Shown here one piece after another: positions 21,647 through 31,246 of a stretch of 54,886 nt of DNA. Numbering within the stretch: the stretch's first letter is position 1; the number at the start of each line of letters is the position of its first letter. A model generated the notes under the pieces. It had not been told where the DNA came from, made no database searches, and was given only the letters and a program-made list of their open reading frames with translations. The stretch is from Dimargaris cristalligena (Eukaryota), in contig ML002261.1 in the NCBI GenBank assembly GCA_003614675.1, positions 1 through 54,886 on the forward strand. The letters run 5' to 3'. The position numbers and the translations under genes were made by a program.

Positions 21647-23287
21647 TTACTGCTGTTGCTGTTTTTGCTGCACTTGGACTATGAGCATTTGAATGTCTCG
21701 GACCATCTCCGGCTCGGTTCGGTCTGCAATAAAGGCTTCAAAGTCGACCTCATCGTTACCAATGCGCGTGGCTTCTTCGTCCAGCTGCTCTACATTCGGG
21801 TCATTCAGCCCCAGCGTAACGATAGGTTGCCCAAATTCACTCTGGTTCGAAAAGTATAGCCAGACGTTGGCCGGGAGAATAGGCTGGTCATCATTCGTGG
21901 GCCCGGGGTAATAGTCTCCCATGTCGAAGTTCCACTGCTGGGCCAGCCAACGGGCCGCTTCTCTTTGGCCGATATCTCGGACATGATCCACCAGTTCAGC
22001 TTGATCCAGATGTTCGACCATAACCACCTGTCCGTCGTTCATAGTACGGGACTCCGGGATCCACATATGTTGCAGAGGGTCTAATAGTTCAGCCTTCCGA
22101 TACACTGCAGCCATAGCCAAGGCGAGTCGAACGTACCGATTGTACACCCGCGCATCCTGCTCCTGATTGCGTGGCAAATCACCCACGGCGTGGTAGAGAG
22201 TCCGTACTTCCACCAACAGGTCCTGCAAGTGTCCGGCCTGGTCCGTAGATACGTACTGCCATATCAGCGTAGCGGTAATTTTACCCAAGACCCGTTCCAT
22301 CCATTTATCGTACCGTGTCGCTTCGTCCTGTCCCGGGTACCAAGTAGCCGCCCAAATGCGTCGGCGAAACCCCTGGTCCAAGGCCAGACCTTCCAGTACC
22401 CATTGCCGGGTTTGGGCACTAAATACATGGCGCAGCAACCGGACTATATCCGAGGAGGGCCAATTAGTAGCCAGGGGTACCATGGGCAGAATGCCGGTGG
22501 CCGCCCCCACAGGCAGACTGCTGAGGTTGATGATACTACGGGCATTCCGCTCGGTTAAAAGATTCTCGTTACGGGTTAGGGCTAGGAAAGCCACGTAGTT
22601 GGCGTGATTGGGCCGCTGGTCTAACAACGGCAAATGGGGATTAGGCTCACTGCCGAATAGCTCGCGGTGGGCTAAGTGTTCCCCCCAGTTTTCGTAAGCG
22701 GCTTCTATCAGGGCGGACCAGGTCTCATAGCCAAACAAGGCCAGCCAAGTGTCCGCCAAGTTCAGTTTGTCCGCATCTGTGGCGGGCGTTCCCTCCACAG
22801 CTTTAATAAACGCGTCCGCCATAAGAGAAGCCTGATTTCGGTGGAATTAGATAGAGGCGGAAGTGGGGGTCGGTAAATATAATCTAGATTATTAGTCACC
22901 CGCCTATTGCGGTGAGTAGGTTCCGCATACTCATTAATGTAACATTCAATTATTAGTATACTACGTTATGAAAACCCAATGCCTCGTCGAACTGGGCCGG
23001 TTTAACCTTTTATCAAGTGAGGGAGTATGAATGTAAATAGTAATACTACTCTCGCTGCTACTTCCCGGCCGAGCAGTGGCTGTCTTCCCGGTCAAACGAA
23101 AGTATTGATTGACTTTATCCAATTGAGTCTTGTCATTGACCCCCAGATACCCCGAAATCATGGAGACTGTTTCACGGGGCAGACTGACCAGGCCCCGGCG
23201 TTCGACCATGGGCCTACTCGAGCACTGGAGGGACAGAAGGGCCAGAGCGGTCAAGGACAGGAGGTAAGTGGGGCGTAAAATAGCCAT
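21647..23287 (-). CDS. Putative secreted F-box-like protein (signal peptide, F-box-like motif, ~390-aa helical domain ending in poly-Q); junction between the two ORFs unresolved
   Basis: 5' ORF from 23287: signal peptide MAILRPTYLLSLTALALLSLQCSS, dibasic ERR, then LVSLPRETVSMISGYLGVNDKTQLDKVNQYFR. The 3' exon has branch ctaat and a phase-0 acceptor cag| at 22831, leading into the 391-aa ORF 22822-21647. No canonical donor in the matching phase was found; a small middle exon (VKPAQFDEALGFHN, ~23007-22966) or a frameshift is possible. Confidence 0.55.
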
Positions 23288-23598
23288 GGGTCGAGGAGTC
23301 GCTAGAAAACGCGGTGGGTGGGATAATGCGGTGGTGAGAGCAAGTAGGTAAAGGCCGTATGATAAAGTGGTGGAGGCGCGGACTATGCAGATGGGGTTGG
23401 GGATTGCTCAAAAACAATTGATGGGAATGAGGGAAGCGAAGCATAGAGTATATATATCTCTGTATAGCCCTTAATCCAAATACATCCCCAGGTACGAACT
23501 AAAGTAGTCCTATACCCCGTTATTCCCGAGGGCTCCCTCCCTACGAGGGTATTTCGGAACACAAGAATTGGTCAATAAATTTCAATGCCGTGTAATCC

Positions 23599-23742
23599 AT
23601 ATGGGAGAAGTTCATTAAGGCTGTATAACAAAAAATCCATTGGGTGAGGCCAATATTACTGGTTAAAGGCTTTTCTCACATATATTCACCCATACACATA
23701 TTATGTAAAACCTTATACAGCTGGTTTGAATTTCATCCATAT
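23599..23742 (+). mobile_element. 144-bp MITE-like element with ~30-bp imperfect terminal inverted repeats, copy 1
   Basis: Begins atatgggagaagttcattaaggctgtataa and ends ttatacagctggtttgaatttcatccatat. Similar to 23790-23933 and, inverted, to 43508-43651. Confidence 0.75.
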
Positions 23743-23789
23743 ATTAATGTGAGTGGGGGCCATGCAATAATACCCCTTCGCCATTGACC

Positions 23790-23933
23790 ATATGGGAGAA
23801 GTTCATCCAAGCTGTATAACGAAAAATCCATTAGATTCGGCCAATATTACTAGTTAAAAATAAATTTCCCATATATTCTCCCATACACATATAATGTAAA
23901 CCCTTATATAGCTGGGCTGAATTTCACCCATAT
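23790..23933 (+). mobile_element. 144-bp MITE-like element, copy 2 (tandem with copy 1, 47-bp spacer)
   Basis: atatgggagaagttcatccaagctgtataacgaaaaatccatt...ggccaatattactagttaaa...cccatacacatataatgtaaacccttatatagctgggctgaatttcacccatat; same length as copy 1. Confidence 0.75.
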
Positions 23934-25487
23934 CTCTAAAGCTATACAAAAGTCCCATAATATACGCCACTAGAGAACGCTTTTACCCTCGGTTATTTTT
24001 ATATATGCACTATAAACAATCCCAATACGCACGCCCTAACGATGCCGAACTTCGTACCACGCCATTGTGTAAATCTAATGGTGCGAGTGGCCTTCTACGA
24101 AGGGGCTTAGTACAACCCAAAGGACTTTGGGCTCAGGTCGTGAATAAGCGACTCCATTGGACATTCTTTCTGATGTCGAGGCATAGAAGTGTATAGCCAG
24201 GTAGGAAAAGGCGCACAAGGCACCTTATCCCATAGTCCAGCATGTATTAGGCCTGTGCTATTTTTAGTAATTTAAGATAGGCTAAACGGCTAATTGGTGG
24301 CATATTATATTCAACAGCTCGTTCACAATGAATCCCTCTCTTCCTCTATCGTATTTTCCCCATTCTTGGTTAAGCATGCCTTGTTGGGGAAAACACCAAT
24401 CCTGCCCTACTTTTCGCCATTTGGTCCGTCCGCACCGCCGCACTATGATCGGGGGGGAACGGTATTTTAGCAACGCCAATTACCAATATGACTCGGTTCA
24501 TTCGTATTCTTACCGATATAATAGGTACCGCTATTTTGGCCAACTACTATTCTAATACCGTAGCGGAATCCACGCAGTTGAGTTTCATATTAGATACAGC
24601 TGCAAGAGCTGATTCTAGCAGGATTTAACTAGGGCTTCACGAGGGGTTATCGGTATGGGTGATATGAGGTAAGCGCAATAAATAGGTCACAGAATCATAG
24701 GCCGCGGGAGCCTGCAGGAGGATTATTTATCCTCAGGGATGGCACCGGTAGGTCATCCAAGAAACGATAAGACAGCCCCAAGTGTTGTTATGCAAAAGGT
24801 ACTACGGTATAGTAATGTTTAGCTTGGATAAATACCAACCAAGTCAAAGAGCCTGGGTATAATAGTGCGGATTAATCTTTACCCCCCACCAATGATGGGC
24901 ATCACTGGTCCAATTTATCGATTAATGAGTATTTATAAAATATAACGAGATAGATGGGTGGGCAGTGGGTGATGGGCAAGTTGGCTAAAAGTACCCTTGG
25001 CTCAAGCTGTACTTAAGATAAGCTCCATAGCGAATCTACCAAATCCACAAATTGCCTTCTCAAAAGTCGGGGACAGAGCTGAAAAATGCGATGAATAACA
25101 TTCGTGATAATTCTGTATATAAACTAGAGCGAGTTAGCTGGTATAATCAATACGATATGTGTAATGGGGGGGGGGGGGGGTAAAAATAAAATAAATCGTA
25201 TAGTGAAATAGGTGGTATAGAAAAGGGGGATATAGATAAGCAAAAAATGCATGGTGAAAAAAGCCAATAAAAATGGATCGGAGGTAGATCAAAATTCTAG
25301 CGATGGCCAAACCCCCCCCCCCCAAAAAAAAACACAAAAGTCTAGATGACTGTGACCTCGTCCACAAGTCTCGTTCGACATTATTTAGTCGACTAATGGA
25401 TTAATTGGGCTTAACGGAGGAAAAGGGGTAGGTGAGGTGGGGCGGAGGAGACTATGTCCAACCATCACTAGCTAAAGAGAGATTGGT

Positions 25488-27796
25488 TTAATCCTCGCGA
25501 TCGCTCGACTCCGACTTGCCCTTAGGAACCATCTGGTCCGCATCGTCCTCGTCTTCCTGGCCAGTCTTGGCCACCAATTCTTGCTGGGAAATCTCGAGAG
25601 ATTCGAGACGTTCCTGCATGGTCCGCAGGAGGGACTGTTGGGCCTCGCAGGCCTTCTTCAATTCTTGGTGCTCCGACATGAGTTGGTCAAAGTCGGCCCG
25701 AAGTTGTTGGTTATCTTCCTCAGAGACTCCGGCGGAGGTAGGAGGGGGGCTCGCAGAACGGACACTGGTGGAGGTAAGCACAGGAGCAGCGGGGGAAGCC
25801 CGGGTCGGCGAGGTCGGTTTGACCGGCTCGGGGGAAGAGCGGGTAGGCTGGGCCTGGGCGGGGCTGGCGGGAGAAGGAGAAGCAGGCGAGTGGGATCTGG
25901 CGCGGGAAGTCGCCGCCGGGGCTTCAATTTGAATGGGCTGGACGGGAGCCGGGGAGGCTTTCGCGGGGGCCGACTTGGCTTTAGTAGCCGAGGCATTGGT
26001 GGTGGTCGGTTGGAACTTCTGGGGCTGGGAGCCCGAGTCGGAATCATACTTGAGCATGAATTCTTTATGATGAACAGTGTACTGGTAGTCTTCATCGATG
26101 GTCAACATGATCGGGTCGGCAGTTTCACCCGCAAAATACTGGTCGGCGTCGAGGGCCGGGGTATCGCTCAGAGTAGGCGGGTACAGATCGGACTGGAAGG
26201 CGTCCGATCGCCGGGGCACGGTGAAAGAAACGGGTTCGACCAACGAAGCGGTGACCTTGTAGAAGCGCATGACTTCACATTCCGCAGTGTTCAAACCCCG
26301 CTTGGGCATAGCGGCCATACCGCGCTGGGGCTCAGCGGATTTGTGCTCGGTGAGATAGTACATTTCGTCATTTTCAAACTCGTAGTAACGCATGTTGCCG
26401 TCGCCCTTACCCGCCAGGTAGAGTACATTGCAGTCGGGGTCGTAGAAGGGCATAATAATACCCGAGGATAAATCGATGGACACCTCACGCATGGGGGCGG
26501 AGAAGTCGTTGGTGTCCCAAACGTACAGCTGGCGTTCGCTGGACCGGGAGAAACCAGTACTGGCGACACGGTCGGTGTTGCCCAACCAAGTCACTCGGGC
26601 ACCCTTGATGCCCTGGTGGCCACTTCCCTCCTGTAGAATTAAAATGGGGAGGGGTAATATAAAGTAGACATAGGTTATTGTTATCCCTATGCATGGTCGA
26701 CACAGGTACATCATTCAACTACTTAACTAGAGACTATTACAATGGGAATCGATTTTCACAGTTGGTCGCAGTTGTCGAACAATGAATAACATAATAATAA
26801 AGGGGGTGAGCATACCTGAACAATCTGGTTAGCGCGAACATCGAAAATCCGGATCTTCTTATCGCGGCAGTGGGTAGCCAACAGAGTACCATTCCAGTTC
26901 CAGTCGAGAGACTGGATGCTGTCCTTGTGGCCGGTGAGTTGCTGGCGCTGAACGCCCTTCTCAATATCCCACAGACGCACAGTCAGGTCGGCACTGGTAG
27001 TGGCGAGCACATTTTCAGCCACGGGGTTGAACAGGACGTGGCCCACTTTGCGACCATGGCCCTTGAGCACAACGGCGGGCTTGTCGATGCTTTCCTCGAG
27101 CTCAGTCAAATCCTCCGGGATGACCCAGACCATTGCCCGGGTATCCTCGGACGCGGACGCGATAACGCTGTCGTTGAAAGGGGAGAAGTCAGTATCCAGA
27201 ACGGGGCCGGCGTGACCATTGAAGAGAGGGTATTCGCCGGGGAGTTTGCCGGTATACTCCAGAGGAATCACCGCAAAGGCACCGCCGCCGCCGGCATTCC
27301 AGTTGACGGAAAGGTAGCGCTGATGGATAGGTAGGCATTATCACCCAGTAGTGGAAGCAGGTAAATGCACCCCAATGATGATGGGGGATATTATCGCAGC
27401 AATGCAGGGTATTGGGAGGGGGTTAGTAGGATAAATAAGGCGGGCAACGCCGTATAATTTAGACCAAACTGGGAAGTAGCCCCCCTCCCTCCCTCACGCC
27501 CCTGGGCATGGGAAGATGAGGGTCAGAGCGGGGGAGGTCATTCCAAGATGGGCCATTCATCTCTATGCCACTGCCGAATAGAGGCGGTATTCGGAGGGGC
27601 GGGGGTTGTTGCCAGGGGCCAGGTTCCAAAGAAGTCGGTTAAGGGGCGGTGGGGTAGGTGTACTTACAGGGTTGACTTTGACCAGGTTGGTGTCCCAGGC
27701 ACTGTTGGTGATGCGGAGATTGTCATAGCAGTGGTCACGCTTGGCGGGGGTGCCAAAGACGTGGCGGTACTTGGAGGGGCGGACGAAGCGGGACAT
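25488..27796 (-). CDS. CRN1: Coronin (WD40 actin-binding protein)
   Basis: Exons 27796-27668 (MSRFVRPSKYRHVFG...CYDNLRITNSAWDTN), 27319-26816 (YLSVNW..GGGGAFAVIP, WD repeats) and 26630-25488 (HQGIKG, YLAGKGDGNMRYYE, SFTVPRRSDAFQSDLYPP, C-terminal coiled coil). Confidence 0.96.
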
Positions 27797-28145
27797 GGTG
27801 GTGATAGGGAGGAGAGTTATGTACTAGGCAATAAATACAGAGGCGCAAAAACGAAGGAACGCATACGCACACACACACACAGGCACAAACGAGGCAGCGC
27901 GGGTTGGATATTAGTGAAGTTAAAAGGGTAAACGCAAAGAAATAGAATAGAGAAAGATTTACAGTCGGGATGAAAGAAGAGCAGGAAGGGCTTTAGGCAT
28001 ATCCAGAACAACAACAATAACTCGGTTCCTGGTCCTTGTATGCACCTGCCTGGTTTGTTATGGCACGAACCCATCCAGCCTAGACTTCCTCCTTCTTCTC
28101 CTTTTCCTCTGCTGGGCTACTTCTGAATGTATGCTTGGGGAGGGG

Positions 28146-28167
28146 AGTAGTAGTAGTAGTAGTAGTA
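28146..28167. repeat. (TAG)n trinucleotide microsatellite
   Basis: agtagtagtagtagtagtagta in the coronin/zeta-COP divergent intergenic region. Confidence 0.85.
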
Positions 28168-28463
28168 ATAGGTAATTGGCAATAGTAATAAAAAGTGGTC
28201 CCACCGCGGGGACTTTGATTGTTTAGGGCGACTCTTTCCCCCTGTTAGAGATGTACAGCAGGCATATTGACCGGATTGCCAGCCATCGGAATCAGCCCCG
28301 TCCAAGCACCAGCCGCTCTTCGCTTTCCACCACCGCATAGTTGCATCCCCCCGATCCCCCCCTCTCCTAGAGCTTTCTCAGTCACCTACCGTTCCATTCT
28401 CTCATCTTTACCCTACACATACCTGTAGCCCCACTGTCCAACCCCGTGGGTTTAAACACCGCC

Positions 28464-29018
28464 ATGGCCAATCTCAGTCTCTACGCCGTCAACGCCTTTG
28501 TCATCCTGGATGCCGAGGGCAACCGTCTCGTCGCCAAATACTACGGTCGCCCACCGCTGCACCCCTCCGTCTACCCCACCACCAAGGCCCAAAAAGCCTT
28601 TGAAAAGCAATTGCACGCCAAGATGAAGCGCAGCGGCAGTGAAATCATGCTTCTCGATGGCCGTCTGGTCATCAGCAAAGTCCTGTCCGACGTGCATTTC
28701 TACCTTGTGGGCTTGGTGGACGAAAACGAACTCCTGCTTCATAGCGCCCTCCGAGGTTGCGTCGACGCCATCAGCGCCCTTCTCAAACACCAGGTCGATA
28801 AACGCTCCATCATTGATAACCTCGATATGGTGGTGTTGGCCCTGGACGAGTCCATCGACGACGGTATTGTGGCCGAAATTGATTCTGAGGTCATTCAGAA
28901 CCGGGTTTCGAAGCGGTCCCAGGATACCATGGATATGTCCGTGACTCTCAATGAGCAGTCCCTGCTTCAAGCCTACCAGCAGGTGAAGGAGCGGGTAGCC
29001 AGTCATTTACTTAAATAA
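28464..29018 (+). CDS. RET3: Coatomer subunit zeta (COPZ/Ret3)
   Basis: MANLSLYAVNAFVILDAEGNRLVAKYY...QKAFEKQL...DENELLL...QVDKRSIIDNLDMVVLALDESIDDGIVAEID; ATG at 28464 in gccATGG context. Confidence 0.95.
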   Translation: MANLSLYAVNAFVILDAEGNRLVAKYYGRPPLHPSVYPTTKAQKAFEKQLHAKMKRSGSEIMLLDGRLVISKVLSDVHFYLVGLVDENELLLHSALRGCVDAISALLKHQVDKRSIIDNLDMVVLALDESIDDGIVAEIDSEVIQNRVSKRSQDTMDMSVTLNEQSLLQAYQQVKERVASHLLK

Positions 29019-29599
29019 ACGGTTGCCCCCTTTCCCTTTCTCTTTCCACCCTGAATGGTGTGGACTATTCTATAGATTGCACACCTACCATTTGTAAATG
29101 ATGCCCGGTTCGGTAGCCCACCACCATTATAAACTTGCCAATTGCAATCTTTAGGAGCTGTTCTTGAATGAACCATTCAAATACATCTCCATAGGGCGGT
29201 ATTTCCACCCCCCTCTTAATGTTAAGAACCCCCCTCTCCTCTTTTCTCTCTCTCTCTCTGGTCACTGAACTTTTCCAATCTTCCAGGTATTTGTTGTGAT
29301 TTGCTGTACCTTACCCAAATAAAAATGATTCGTTGTTATAACGAAATCCATATGTTCAACCATGCGGCAATCTACAGTAGTACCTAGTTCTGGGGCTCTC
29401 TAAGCAATACTTCCTAGACCACCCATTAGAGAGTAGCCAAACGGGGTTTAATCTTTCATCGTTATATATAATGGAAAATAGATTGTTATAAAAACGGGCC
29501 TGCATAGCTAGATTCCCTGGGGAAATGGTTCCCAATGCCTTGCCACAACAACAGAAGTGCGTAGAACCAAGCTCCGGAATACTATGACACCGTGTGCTA

Positions 29600-30529
29600 C
29601 TAGTGTTTGGGTTTTTTCGAGTGCGCGGATTGACCATCCTCCTGTTTGTTGGACCGCTTAGGGTCTTTGGAACGAGGCTGCCCAACGCTCATATACCGCC
29701 CGGGTGTCCGCTTTGCTTCCGTTTCGACCACTTCGACGGGCTTCGGCGCCTATAGAACAATATACAGTAGTGATTGAATAAATTCAGTGGCGCAATGTGG
29801 TTAGTGCGAGTTACTCTAACCTGTCATATATTGGTCACACGTGAGAAGGGGAGGCCGCGTAAACCGCGTGGCCGACAGAGCATTAGATGGTAATCTATAA
29901 TCTTTACGAAGAGATCAATCAATTGCGTATACCTATGTCTTTATATATAATATGAAAGTGAACTAATCTGTACCTCAGCCTTCTGCATATTAAAGGACCG
30001 GCGGCCAGTCGTGGCTTCCTGGGTTAAATTAAGAAAGTTGGGCTCGTACTGGACCTTGACCATCCTAAAATGGGCGGTGAATACCCAAAAATCGTGAACC
30101 AAAACCGGGTATAATCAATTAATATTGGTAAAGTTATATATATATATATAAAGCCCATGTCGTTCTCACTGCCCTGAAATAAAAGGATCCGCAAGCTACG
30201 AAACCAGAATGATGAAGCCATTCTATTCCGTAGTTTTTATTTTAGAATGCTAGTGAGGGAAGCGAGTAGCTTTTACATGACATCAACAACCAAGGGAGGG
30301 GATCCATTCTAATTACTTACGGTTTCTTGCTCAGGGCCGCCGGCGGTTTCAGTTCCCAGTGGGCCTCCGTTATCCGCTTCTTCTCTATCTTTTCGAGTTC
30401 ATTGCTTCGCTCCTTTTCAACCTCCCGTTGCATAAAGCGCATCGCCATGATTTTTGAGGAATAGTTGGCCGCTGGGGTGGCGGCCACCTTGGTCGGTTTG
30501 TCGGCGCTGGTAACTTTTTCCTGGCCCAT
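29600..30529 (-). CDS. MPP6: Exosome cofactor Mpp6 (MPHOSPH6-like)
   Basis: Exons 30529-30321, 30064-29974 and 29749-29600 (phases 2 and 0, GT-AG). Motifs YSSKIMAMRFMQR, EAHW, and YEPNFL...TTGRRSFN match the Mpp6 'MKFM' and 'GRxSF' signatures. Confidence 0.8.
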
Positions 30530-31246
30530 GGTGAAAAGTAGGTATATAGTAAAATAAGGCTTCGAACTAAGTGGAGGAGGACTGCACCGGATCGGGCTGA
30601 AAAGAGGGGAAAATACGACAATGGCGTTGTAGGGGAATGACGCAAGTACGGAACCGACAAACGGAGTATACACAGAGGAACTCGTTTCAGATAAGTAAGC
30701 AAAGGAATGGTATTGAGCAAAAAGGAGGCGATGCTCTCGAAATGAAATATGCCAGTGGATTCGTCACTAAGAGCCGAGTAAAAAAATATAAAGTAAAAAT
30801 TGGCCTATTGAAACAGCAGGGTGTTTTTTTACCACATAACTAGAGTGGTGTACATACTTTGGTTAATTCGATCTATTGAGCAACTATTACAGCTGCACAA
30901 TGAGAAACGTACGAGAATCAGCCATGCTATTCCTTTTAAGCAATCCCCGTAGCCTGGCGGATGTCGACAAAAACGACCACATGTCAGTGTCAGTAGGGGT
31001 GACTTGATTCCGAACAGAGCCGTTCAATCACCCATACCCTTGTTTGGCGGGCATTTATTCTGCAGGCCGTAGTTTTTATCGCTTGTGAATAGGAAGGGCT
31101 GCTGCTACTCTTTCCCGCATTACTGGGCTATACCACCCCCTACTCTGAACATTCCCTTGCGCATCCTATGTTACCTCTCGTTCCTTTCCTTTTCCTGCAC
31201 CATTTACTTCCTCACTCTTCCTATTTCACTTTATATACCTGAGAGA

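Noticed and set aside
23599..23933. CRISPR-like array or LTR pair
   Set aside because: Only two long 144-bp units with a 47-bp spacer, no TG...CA ends or internal retroelement ORF, in a eukaryotic context; better explained as TIR elements.
25166..25323. G15 and C12 runs that could pair as an inverted repeat
   Set aside because: G and C homopolymers are common in this window's non-coding DNA, and there is no further complementarity.
25581..26471. 296-aa plus-strand ORF, and similar long antisense ORFs at 28452-29006, 31231-32139, 50884-51609 and 52162-52761
   Set aside because: These are shadows of GC-rich, codon-biased real genes on the opposite strand and have no independent motifs.
30997..31033. 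Small hairpin GGGTGA-C-TTGA...TCAA-TCACCC in the MPP6/UPF3 promoter region
   Set aside because: Only 10 bp with a bulge, which is expected by chance, and there are no snoRNA box motifs.
31085..31246. Hydrophobic N-terminal extensions of UPF3 (and of the transporter at 45343-45615) in the ORF track
   Set aside because: They begin at non-ATG codons (the transporter extension also contains an in-frame ATG at ~45543 that I judged less likely) and translate pyrimidine-rich 5' UTR; better ATG starts are at 31247 and 45342.
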